DNA of 64,000 nt from Paraspadella gotoi (lineage: Eukaryota; Animalia; Chaetognatha). The stretch lies in contig CM119267.1 of the NCBI GenBank assembly GCA_051294375.1, positions 25,366,882 to 25,430,881 on the forward strand. Reading direction: 5' to 3'. This document shows, one piece after another, positions 13,821 to 24,272 of the stretch (position 1 is the stretch's first letter; every line of letters starts with the position of its first letter). Below the pieces are notes generated by a model, which did no database searches, had not been told where the DNA came from, and was given only the letters and a program-made list of their open reading frames with translations. The translations under genes were made by a program, and so were the position numbers.

Positions 13821-14701
13821 ATGTCGTTAAGCCTCAACTCGTCTCGCGGGACGCGAAACTACGAGGAATTTTTCGAAGCGACGGAAACGGGAAACGAGCG
13901 ACGCCTCCGCGAATTGCTCGCGTCCAAATGGGACATCAACGCCGTCAACCGTCAGGGTAACACGGCCTTGCATCGCGCATGCGCAAATTCAGACTTTAAT
14001 ATCGTTAGATTGCTCGTCGACCATGGCGCCGATCCGAACAGGTGTCGTTTTCGCCGTCGTTAACGTGATATGGATCTATAGAGAGACTGATCGTTTAATC
14101 GATCTACTATCAATGGTCGTTTCATTCAGGAAAATAAGTCAAATGCCTTTATTTTTTTTTTCGTCTTCAGAAGAGGGAAATGCGGTTTTACCTGCCTCCA
14201 CATGGCGGCGCAGCATTCGGAAAATCGCTCGCTGATGGCGTACCTGACTCGTCACGGGGCTGACGCCCGCGCCAAAGCTGACGCCGGAGAGACGATTCTC
14301 CACGCGGCTTCGACGACGGGCAATGTTGTAGGGATGGACTTTGCATTGGACTGTGGCCTCGACGTTAACACCAGAGGTTTTACTTAAGACTTTACCTTTT
14401 GTATATTTTTTAGATTTTCGATTTTTATCTCGCCAGACGGGCGAATGCCCGACTTGAGCGAGATGTTATTTCGTTTCTGCTTCTTGTGACCGTCGTCATC
14501 ACGTTGTTTTAACATTGAAAATAGCTCAAGTGTGTAACCATAGGAAGCTAAAAAATAAGATATATGGCTTCTCATCATTGAGGTCTTTCAAATTATTATG
14601 TTTCATAATCCTACACTCATTTGTTAGTTTTATTTACAAAACAATTTTTATATATATATAAACGAGTTCAGCTCTGCAGCGGCTGTCCAGCGCCTGTCCA
14701 G

Positions 14702-14776
<75 letters not shown>

Positions 14777-17522
14777 CGTATTTGTGTGTTTTTATTTTCA
14801 ATGAATGACTCATCGCGTCAATGAATGATTAACATCGCGTCAATGAATGATTAACATCGCGTCAATGAATGATTAACACTGTTAGAAACAGCACGTCAAT
14901 GAATGACTATCATCGCATCAATGAATGACTATCATCGCATCAATGAATGATTGTTTTCATCGCATCAATGAATGATTGTTATCATCGCATCAATGAATGA
15001 TTGTTATCATCGCATCAATGAATGATTGTTATCATCGCATCAATGAATGATTGTTATCATCGCATCAATGAAATGATTGTTATCATCGCATCAATGAATG
15101 ATTGTTATCATCGCATCAATGAATGATTGTTATCTATCGCATCAATGAATGATTGTTATCATCGCATCAATGAATGATTGTTATCATCGCATCAATGAAT
15201 GATTGTTATCATCGCATCAATGAATGATTGTTATCATCGCATCAATGAATGATTGTTATCATCGCATCAATGAATGATTGTTATCATCGCATCAATGAAT
15301 GATTGTTATCATCGCATCAATGAATGATTGTTATCATCGCATCAATGAATGATTGTTATCATCGCATCAATGAATGATTGTTATCATCGCATCAATGAAT
15401 GATTGTTATCATCGCATCAATGAATGATTGTTATCATCGCATCAATGAATGATTGTTATCATCGCATCAATGAATGTTGGTTATCATGGCATCAATCATT
15501 TGGTTATCATGGCATCAATCATTTGGTTATCATCGCATCAATCATTTGGTTATCATCGCATCAATCATTTGGTTATCATCGCATCAATCATTTGGTTATC
15601 ATCGCATCAATCATTTGGTTATCATCGCATCAATCATTTGGTTATCATCGCATCAATCATTTGGTTATCATCGCATCAATCATCAATTACTATTACATTA
15701 ATCAATCAATTACTATTACATTAATCAATCCATTACTATTACATTAATCAATCCATTACTATTACATTAATCAATTCATTACTATTACATTAATCAATCC
15801 ATTACTATTACATCAATCAATCCATTACTATTACATCAATCATTCGTTTTTTTTCGGATTTTTTCATTAATCTGCGAGACACAATACTTTTAGGATTTTG
15901 TTTATCGATTTTTAATGTTTGCTAAATTGAAATGGTTTATTTAAAGATGATTTGAGTTAAGTCAATCTTAATTTGTTAATATTTAGTATTTGTCCTCATC
16001 TTTTTTAATAAAGGAACGACGACGTCAGGTTTAGCGTCAAAGTATTTAGGCAGTGATGTCGGCGCTCAGGGCTTTACTCCTCTGCACAACCTGGCGAGCG
16101 GCTGCTTGAAAATGGCCGCGTTTGAGTATCTTAAGCGGCGCGGCGCCCATGTCGCCGCTCTCGACGGCGCCGGATGGAACATTCTTCACGTCGCCGCGAG
16201 AAGCAACAACCTCGTTGCCATCCATTTCGGCATCGCCAACGGCGTCGATCTCGCGCAAAAGTCTAAAGCCGGAAAAACGCCAGAAGACGTCGCCAGGGAG
16301 TTCGGCGCCTCCGAAGAGGTTCTCAGGAATGTCGTTGCCAAAACTGACTTTAACAAAGGTAGCGATGAAGTTTTAGCCAGAGGAAAGGGCATATTTTCAT
16401 CCAATAGTTTGTAAAATTAGTATAGTATAATTTCATTTATCAACAATCCAAGGAACAGACAAAGCGAATCGTCGCTCCCAAGTCAACGACTCTTCTTTGT
16501 CTACTTATCCCATATCTGTTGGTGGCTGCCGTGGCATCTTCTTCATTATCAACAATAAGTCTTTCGCCGACAAGAGTCTGAATTTGGCTGCGACGGGGCG
16601 CGACACAGGCGCCCTCCGACGTGTCTTCCAGAAATTAGGCTTCGTCACTCTCCAAAAAGACGATCTCCGCGGCGAAGAGATGGCGCGCGAGTTGCGCGGC
16701 GCCCTTTCCCGCGTCCGACGCGATCACGACCTCTTCGTCTGCGCCATGATTTCCCACGGTCATCTCGGCGAGATCCTCGGCGTCGACGGCGTCAAGGTCG
16801 ACCTCAAGCGGCTCATCTCTCTGGCCAACTCTGACAACGTCACGGCGCTGCGAGGCAAGCCCAAGATATTCTTCGTCGAAGCCTGTCAGGGCGAGGACGA
16901 TCAGCCGATGGGTCGGAATGCCTTCGATCTTCGGTCGGGCGGAGCGGACGCCAAGGTCGCCGTCGCCCGTAGCCTGGCCTCCTTCGACCACGAAGACTTT
17001 TTTATCGGCATGTCTTGCACGGCGGGGTTCGTGTCGTTCAGGGACACGGATCGAGGGTCCAGCTATATCCAAGCCCTCTGTCGGAGCCTCCAGGTCAACA
17101 CCAGATGGGAGATAAACGACGTACACAAAGAGGTCGTCGCCGCCGTGGTCAAATCGGCCCGACAGACGCCAACGACGCGGTCGACCCTTACCAAGAGGCT
17201 CTTTTTCCAAGAGCCCTACCACACTCCCAAAGCCATCAAGGATGTTAAAAACAAAGCGGGTTCTTACGAGGGACTCGATCGTATGGAGCCGCCGCCGCCG
17301 CCGTCTCTCGGCGGTTTCGCTGGAGGATTCTTCGGTTCTGTTCCGTTCAAGGGTCGAGAGTTGGAAGAGTCCACGACGAAACCGCCTTCGCGGCCAAAGA
17401 GCGGACGAGCCGTTGGAGGCGGATTTGGTGGGTACGACCTCTACAGGAGCGCCTCCACCGTCGGAATTCCCATCATCGACAAGGAGCTTCACCGGAAAAC
17501 GAGGAGATTTTTAAGACATTAA
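13821..17522 (+). CDS. Ankyrin-repeat plus caspase (peptidase C14A) fusion protein; exons 13821-14041, 14171-14376, ~16014-16358, 16453-17522
   Basis: About six ankyrin motifs (GNTALHRAC, GFTCLHMAA, GETILHAAS, GFTPLHNLA, GWNILHVAA, GKTPEDVA) splice in phase to a caspase domain (IINN, MISHG, GKPKIFFVEACQG, GFVSFRD..GSSYIQAL). Confidence 0.85.
14422..15899 (+). mobile_element. HINE/DINE-like element, family B, with (CT)n and an internal minisatellite; copies at 55613-56484 and 34519-35443
   Basis: 5' ATCTCG(C/T)CAGACG plus a CGGGCGAATGCCCG hairpin; the 3' complement CGTCTGGCGAGAT is clear at ~56451; the cttttaagatttt end is shared with family A. Confidence 0.7.
14800..15845. repeat. Compound minisatellite with 22/25-bp then 23-bp units
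   Basis: About 20 copies of ATCATCGCATCAATGAATGATTGTT, about 8 of ATCATCGCATCAATCATTTGGTT, then about 6 of CAATCCATTACTATTACATTAAT. Confidence 0.95.
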
Positions 17523-18288
17523 ATTTATTCCAAAACGGAAATAGAAAAGACAATTAGAAATAATCTTTGAGTTTGACGTGATTGTCCTTAAATCAATTTA
17601 TTAATTTCCTCCGTTTGTTCTAATGATTTTAAATCTTTTCCGATATTAAACTGCGTTAGGCAAACGATTTTTTTTCTCTTGGCCTATTTACTGCAGGAGA
17701 AATATCAATTTTATCTATACTTGGGCATTATTTTAAAGAGGTGAATATTGAAAAAAATATCTTGTATGATCTCGCTAGCTCTTTTAGAAAATGGTTTTGA
17801 ACGTAAAAATCCTTCGCCTACGGATATCTCACTTCTTTTGAGGTTTTTTTTATGAAATATGGAAGTGCTGTGAAGTGCAGTGCTATGATATGCTATGCTG
17901 TGCTCCAATTAGTGATATGTACGTAATTTTTTACTGTTTTCTGTTTTCGCTTAAGTCATCACAATTATGTTTTTATTAAACCATATTACTCATTTCATTT
18001 AGAAAATTTTATAGGCCGTATTTGGGCCAAACCTACTTTTTCGTTTTATACGAAATTTTTTGTATTAGTATAAATTATTCATTTTTTTTGTTTGTTATTT
18101 GCCGAGAAGAGTGGCTATGGCTATGGCTATGGCTTGGATTTTTTCGTCATTTTTGCTCTTTTCTTTTTAATTTGAGTGCCTCATAATAATTTATATGTAC
18201 ATACTATTTTTTTTTGTCAGGAAAAAAATTTAAATCATTATAAGATTATTTCATAGATTTTTATACGCGTCATGATTGGTAAGCCAGA

Positions 18289-18576
18289 ATGATTAGCCAT
18301 TCGGCGTCTTCTCTTTCACGTTTCTTCCTCAGACTCTCGACTCCTCAGTCGCACCTCCGTCGTTCTTTCACCGTTGAACCTAAGACGACAACTAGAGGCG
18401 GAACTTACTCTGGCTTCGGCCAGCCACGAGTCAAAACCAGGACCCAGAGGTTTTACAAGACGGCCATAATTTTGACTATAGGCATTTTGCACCTCTCCTC
18501 CAATTACGGTGCTCAGGACGAGTTTTCCTTAGAAGAAATCCAGGGTCCCGGGAACATGCGTTTTACGGGGAAATGA
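18289..18576 (+). CDS. Possible 95-aa mitochondrially targeted microprotein or uORF
   Basis: ATG start, exon-like GC content, an S/R/L-rich N-terminus lacking acidic residues and a short hydrophobic segment. No family recognised. Confidence 0.35.
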   Translation: MISHSASSLSRFFLRLSTPQSHLRRSFTVEPKTTTRGGTYSGFGQPRVKTRTQRFYKTAIILTIGILHLSSNYGAQDEFSLEEIQGPGNMRFTGK

Positions 18577-18629
18577 GATTCACTTATGTTTAGTCTCTCT
18601 CTCTTTAAAAAAAAAAAAAATCCGCCACC

Positions 18630-20921
18630 ATGTCAATTCTTCGCCGCCGCCTCTCGATCTTTGTCCTCCGTTCTGTCAGACTCTGCTCCTCTTCCTCCTC
18701 TTCCTCCGGCCTGCCCTGGAAGTCCGCCATTTCTCCCGGCGAATCCACGTTGATCGTTGGCAATCAACGTTTGAAACTCGAATGCGGTCGTCTGGCCCGA
18801 TTTGCCGATGGCGCGGCAGTGTGCCGCGTCGGTCACACCGCCGTCCTCGTTACGGCTGTCAGCGCCAAACCTTCGCTCTCCTACGCCGACGGGTGGCGGG
18901 ACTTTGTGCCGCTCACGGTGGACTATCGGCAAAAGGCCGCGGCGGCCGGACGAGTGCCGAGCAATCGGCTTAGACGCGAGTTGGGACAGACCGACCAGGA
19001 AATCTTAACTTCTCGACTCGTCGACCGCTCTCTTCGTCCGTTGTTCCCCAAAGGGCTCGTATTCGGCGAGACTCAGATTGTCTGCAACCTCTTGGCGGTC
19101 GACGGCATCAACGACGGGGAAGTGGCGGCCATCAACGCTGCCTCCTTCGCCCTCGCTCTTTCCGATATTCCATGGGAGGGGCCGGTGGGTGCGGTCCGTC
19201 TGGGCCTCCTCGGCGATCAGGTCTTGGTCAACCCGACCCGAACCAAGTTAAAGGAGAGTCGCTTGAACATGGTGTTGACGGCGACGGAGCGAAGGACGGT
19301 GATGATGATGGAGGCGGAGGCGGATTCGGTCAACATCAACGACATCATGATGGCGGTGTCGAAAGGCATCAAAGAGGCGGCATCGATCGCCAGAGCCATC
19401 TCCGATCTCGCCTCTAAACACGGAAAACCGAAGCGGCCGATGGCTCGAGTGGAGACGATTGACGAGGCCTTGGAAGAGATGGTGCAGAAGAAAGCAACTG
19501 CACCGATCGAGGCCATCCTCGCCGACGACTCACTCGATAAGGTCGCCAGGGATAATGCCTTTCAAAGAGTTCGATCTGATCTGACAGTCGAACTCGGCGT
19601 GGACGATCGATTCCCGGCGCCAGTGATTCGCTCCGCCATCGATCGGGCCTGGACTCGGCAATTCCGCGATCGAACTCTCCGCACCGGGATTCGTTGCGAC
19701 GGTCGCGATGCCGAGACGCTCCGTCACATAGAGTTAGACACAGACCTTCACTCTCCGCTTCACGGGTCGGCAATATTTCAACGGGGCCAGACTCAGGTGC
19801 TGTGCACTCTCTCGTTCGATTCTCTCAGCGCCGCCTTGAAAGACTTGGATCCGGTGACGGTGAGCCTCGACGGAGTCAAGGAGAAAAACTTTATGCTTCA
19901 TTATTCGTTTCCGTCTTACGCGACCAACGACGTCGGAAAACCAGGACGAAATCGGCGCGAATTGGGTCACGGGGCTTTGGCGGAGAAGGGACTGCGAGCC
20001 GTCATCCCAGAAAATTATCCCCTCACGATGCGATTAACGTCCGAGGTGCTCGAGTCCAACGGTTCCTCATCGATGGCCACCGTTTGCGGAGGCTCCCTGG
20101 CCTTGGCTGATGCCGGCGTTCCGATCAAGGAATTAGTTGCCGGCGTCGCCGTCGGTCTTATTTCTAAAGTGGACGAGGAATCAAAAGATATCGTGGATCA
20201 CATCCTTCTCACCGACATCCTCGGCATCGAAGATTACCTCGGCGACATGGACTTTAAAGTATGTGGGACTCAAACCGGAGTTACGGCTGTTCAGTTAGAC
20301 CTCAAACTCAGCACAGGACTTCCGCCGTCGATGGTGCACCAAGCTTTGGCCATCGCGCAAAAGGCCAAGCAAAGGATAATCGGCCTCATGAAGAAACACC
20401 TCAACGAAAAGAAGAAAAGGCCAAAGGCCAATCTGCCCAAGACTGAAGCGATCGAAGTCCCCGCCACCAAACGCGGTTACCTCTTGGGCTCAGGCGGGTT
20501 TCGGCTCAAAAGAGTCGAGGCTGAAACTGGAGCAACTTTCACACGACTCGACGAAACCACTTGGCAGCTTTTCGCTCCAAACTCAGCCGCCTTCGACGAA
20601 GCACGCGGCATTCTCGACGATCTACTTCGCGACCAGTCGGCCATCATCGATAAGATGGAATTCGGCGCCATTTACCCCGCGGTCATTTCCGAAATCGGCG
20701 AATCCGGCGTCATGGTGGAAATAGAACGCGGATTGGACCCAGTTTTCGTGCCCACTGGTCAGTTGGACACCAGAAAGGTCAAGCACCCGTCGATGCTTGG
20801 TTTGGCCGTGGGACATGAAATCTTTGTCAAGTATTTCGGCAGAGATCCGGTCACCGGGAAGCTCAGGCTTTCACGGAAAGTTCTTCAAGCAAACACGACG
20901 TCGACGAGACTCACGCAGTGA
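18630..20921 (+). CDS. PNPT1: Mitochondrial polyribonucleotide nucleotidyltransferase (PNPase), single exon, 763 aa
   Basis: GCCACCATG Kozak context, transit peptide, FVPLTVDYRQKAAAAGRVP, LTSRLVDRSLRPLFP, RRELGHGALAE, SEVLESNGSSSMA, GDMDFK, plus KH and S1 domains. Confidence 0.96.
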   Translation: MSILRRRLSIFVLRSVRLCSSSSSSSGLPWKSAISPGESTLIVGNQRLKLECGRLARFADGAAVCRVGHTAVLVTAVSAKPSLSYADGWRDFVPLTVDYRQKAAAAGRVPSNRLRRELGQTDQEILTSRLVDRSLRPLFPKGLVFGETQIVCNLLAVDGINDGEVAAINAASFALALSDIPWEGPVGAVRLGLLGDQVLVNPTRTKLKESRLNMVLTATERRTVMMMEAEADSVNINDIMMAVSKGIKEAASIARAISDLASKHGKPKRPMARVETIDEALEEMVQKKATAPIEAILADDSLDKVARDNAFQRVRSDLTVELGVDDRFPAPVIRSAIDRAWTRQFRDRTLRTGIRCDGRDAETLRHIELDTDLHSPLHGSAIFQRGQTQVLCTLSFDSLSAALKDLDPVTVSLDGVKEKNFMLHYSFPSYATNDVGKPGRNRRELGHGALAEKGLRAVIPENYPLTMRLTSEVLESNGSSSMATVCGGSLALADAGVPIKELVAGVAVGLISKVDEESKDIVDHILLTDILGIEDYLGDMDFKVCGTQTGVTAVQLDLKLSTGLPPSMVHQALAIAQKAKQRIIGLMKKHLNEKKKRPKANLPKTEAIEVPATKRGYLLGSGGFRLKRVEAETGATFTRLDETTWQLFAPNSAAFDEARGILDDLLRDQSAIIDKMEFGAIYPAVISEIGESGVMVEIERGLDPVFVPTGQLDTRKVKHPSMLGLAVGHEIFVKYFGRDPVTGKLRLSRKVLQANTTSTRLTQ

Positions 20922-21195
20922 ATATTTCGACTGTTTTTTTTGTTGTTTTCTTGGCTGTGGACTGAAGCGATATAATGTATGATTGACAATTGTTTTTGTG
21001 ATAAAAGGAATTGTTATTTTTTGTGTTTAAATTCAAGGATGGAATTGGATACCGACTACGAACCTTTCCTAAAGCGGGAAACTGCTTTGTTAGAAACAGG
21101 GATGTATGCTATTTAAAATCCATTAAATACTTAGTCTAATGTTTTCAAAATTTTATAAAAATAAATGTTAGGGAAAATAAATTATAAGCTATAAA

Positions 21196-22218
21196 CTGGG
21201 TTGGCAAAAACCTGGGTTTTTAAAAAAAAACCCAACCCACTGGTTTTTTTTGGGTTTTATTGGTTTTTTTTGGGTTTTTGAGTTTTTTTGGTTTTTTAAA
21301 ATTATAGATAGCAGACTGTCATATTATTTCTTTTTAATAAACAAATTTTAAAATATTTATACTTCTTAAGTGATTACTGATAAAAACATATAAAAATATA
21401 CTGATTATATTTAATAATAGTATTTATTAATTAATATTTTTTATGGTAAACAGAAATGTAATAAATATAAATATTATATTTTCTGAATAAAACCTGTTAT
21501 GAAAAAAGTGTATAAACTTAATTTTATTAGAAAAAGTAATTAAATACTCAAAATAATTTGATATAAATATGCATCATAAACATTTATATAACTACTATTA
21601 CATTAAAAATTGAAGTACATCTTTAGTACATGTTTTTGCTGAACTAATTTGTCTTTGGGCTAAAAATAAATTTTGATGTTCGGATTAAGCTAAGATTTTT
21701 TCCTGACGTCAATATATTATTTTCCTGCATTCTCGTTACTTTACTCCTGGTTAGGATACCTTTTCAGAGAATTTTTTACCGTGTGACAAATATTCAAATA
21801 TATAATTATATTGAAGTTTAATTTTTTCTGATAAATAGCTTTAAAAGAACCCTAACCTTGTGTTAAATAATAACAAAAGAATAGCTATCATTTTTAATGT
21901 GTTGCTCTTTACTTAATTTGCTATTCACGATTAGAATTACTAAATATAAGGAAAATGGTACAGAAGCCAGAAACGAAAGTGATACTGATAGTAAACAAGT
22001 AAAACATAGGTTTAGGGTCATTTTTTATCATTAAATTATATATTAAGCTTTATAAAAATGATAGATCTTATATGATTTAAATTTTTGCTTCAACAATTTA
22101 ATGTTTCATATTAAAAAATTTAAGTAATTTTAAAAAAACCCAAAAAAAAACTTTTTAGTGGGTTTTTTTGGGTTTTTTAGCTGGGTTTTTTTGGGTAGGT
22201 TTTTTAATGCCAACCCTG
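21196..22218. mobile_element. hAT-type MITE
   Basis: TIR C(T/A)GGGTTGGCA, 8-bp TSD GCTATAAA (21188-21195 and 22219-22226), and subterminal aaaaaccc/gggttttt motifs. Confidence 0.88.
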
Positions 22219-22251
22219 GCTATAAAACAACAAACGTATATTTAGCATCTC

Positions 22252-23301
22252 TTGAAATATGAAGTACCCTGTATACATCCCTTGTTAGCTGCGGTTACCA
22301 AAAGATATTATAGTGATTTATATGACGATGACGACGACAATGAAGACGACGACGACGAAGACTACAAAGAGAAAAATAAAAAAATTAATAAAAAAAATAA
22401 AAACAAGACTAGAGAAAAAGAAAGAGACGACAAGAAATTGTCTTGTTCCTTTTGTCGTCTTCCCACCGGCTCAGACTCCGAACTCCGTAATCACGTGATC
22501 GATTGTCACGGCCCGAATCACAATTTCTATCAGTGCTTCATTTGCGACAAACTTTTGCTGAACAAATACACTTTGCAACAACACTTCAACAACATTCACA
22601 AACGAGTTCGCCATCGTTGCCGCGAATGCCTAACCTCTTTCGCCTCCCACGCAGCCTTGAGCGATCATTTCTCGGAAATCCACGGGTCAGCTCGTTGCAT
22701 CTGTCCCGTTTGTTGGCGAGACTTTCGGACGTTAGAGCGGCGGCGTCGTCACGTGGTAGAGCATCATGCCGAGTTGGTCGTAAATCTGACGCCGGCAGCA
22801 ATCGACGCCTTCGTCCGTGACGCGTCACGGCGACGATTCGGGGGAAGCGAGGGAAGAGAGACCTCTGAACTTTGCTTCGAGAACGCCACCTTCGCCTGCG
22901 CCGCCTGTCGGGTCGGTTTCGATACGGAAGCCGACTTGTCGGCCCACGCTTCCAAATTTCACGCCGCCGACATTGGTCGTTTGCGCGAGGATGAGGAAAG
23001 ACTTTATCGCGAGAACCGAACGATTTGCGGTAAATCATGTGTCGCCTCCAAAATGGGAAGGGAAAAAGAGAAAGAAAATAATAGAGAAGAAATGCCGGTT
23101 GAAAATGATACACCCTTGGGAAATGAAATGCCCGTTGAAAAAGAAATGCACTATGGAAATGAAATACACCATCGAAATGAGATGTACCATGGAAACCAAG
23201 TTCCCTATAGAAATGACTCTCCTATAGGAAATGAAATGTCCCATGGAAATGAAATGTTTTATGAAAATGAAATACACCATGAAAATGAAATGCCCATGTA
23301 A
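22252..23301 (+). CDS. C2H2 zinc-finger protein, main exon; true start uncertain (possible upstream exon at ~21039-21103)
   Basis: Five C2H2 fingers (CSFC, CFIC, CREC, CPVC, CAAC with HxxxxH), an acidic/basic N-terminal patch and an ENEM repeat tail. Confidence 0.75.
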   Translation: MKYEVPCIHPLLAAVTKRYYSDLYDDDDDNEDDDDEDYKEKNKKINKKNKNKTREKERDDKKLSCSFCRLPTGSDSELRNHVIDCHGPNHNFYQCFICDKLLLNKYTLQQHFNNIHKRVRHRCRECLTSFASHAALSDHFSEIHGSARCICPVCWRDFRTLERRRRHVVEHHAELVVNLTPAAIDAFVRDASRRRFGGSEGRETSELCFENATFACAACRVGFDTEADLSAHASKFHAADIGRLREDEERLYRENRTICGKSCVASKMGREKEKENNREEMPVENDTPLGNEMPVEKEMHYGNEIHHRNEMYHGNQVPYRNDSPIGNEMSHGNEMFYENEIHHENEMPM

Positions 23302-23714
23302 ATAGAATGCCCCATTTAAATGAATGCCTATGTAAATGAAATGCCCCGTGGAAATGACTTGCCCATAAGAAATGAAATGTTCCATGAAAATGAAATGCCA
23401 CAAGGAAATGAAACATTATAACAACGAAGGAAGTAGGCGTAGTTTATTAAGAGAGACGAGAGTCAAAGATGGCGCGAGAGATAGACAAAGGAAAACAATA
23501 CTTTTTAGGATTCAGTTAATTTAATACGTTGTCGGACTATCATTTGATTCCGGCGCCGCTTCCATGCGATGAGGGAGAGAGTCGTAGAGGCTGCGCAAAT
23601 ATGAAGGATTTAGCTCCTGCTAAATGCGTTTTACAATTTTTCTCCTTTAAATGCATTTGCTGGTTTTTTATTTTTTTGTTCTCACAATCCAAGCTTTGAA
23701 CAAGTTTGAGAAAA

Positions 23715-24170
23715 CAATGCCGGATCTGTCAACGATCATTAGCGGTAAATAGCTGATCAGATAATTGATTAATTACAAAATAATTAACAATTAATTAATT
23801 ACTTATTTATTTATAATTAATTAATGCAGCTTGAATTTACATTTAATATAAAATTTAAAAAAGCATATCAAATAGTGAAATAGATTTTTTGTTTTTTCCA
23901 TTTAAATTAATTTCCACTCTGACGATTCCATCGAAACTTTATTTCCAGCTTAATAACACACTTTCCTACCCACGTACAAAATTTCAAGTCAATCGCACCA
24001 CACAATCATGAGTAATTGGCGTTCAAAGCTTAGGGGGGACGGACGGACATCAATTTTTTTGCATAATTTATCATAATTCGATGTTCTGACATGATCTAAG
24101 TGACTTACTAACAAGATTGGGGGGGCGGACCGACAAAGTGAATTATAGAGCCGGAATCTGCTGCAGATCC
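23715..24170 (-). mobile_element. DINE/HINE-like element, family C, with a GTCC microsatellite; interrupted plus-strand copy at 27779-29735
   Basis: Reverse-complement similarity to 27779-27851 plus 29057-29735 (ctctataattcactt, catgtcagaacatcgaattatg, gtccgtcc). Confidence 0.6.
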
Positions 24171-24272
24171 GGCTAAAAATAATTGGTATCAGTACATGTT
24201 TTTTGCTACCGTTATTCCACTTATTTAATGCCTTCAAGGCCCATTAATATCGCAGCTGTATTTCCATTAAGA

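Noticed and set aside
14800-15845. CRISPR-like regular repeat array
   Set aside because: Units are head-to-tail with no unique spacers, there are no cas genes, and the context is a eukaryotic intron. The ORFs at 15424-15747 are repeat translations.
16635-17492. 285-aa antisense ORF, and similar shadow ORFs over PNPT1 and the DIRS
   Set aside because: Expected by-product of GC-rich codon usage on the opposite strand; no motifs.
18630-20921. Horizontally acquired bacterial pnp
   Set aside because: The transit peptide, Kozak context and animal-type motifs (DYRQKAAAAGRVP, KNFMLHY) indicate PNPT1.
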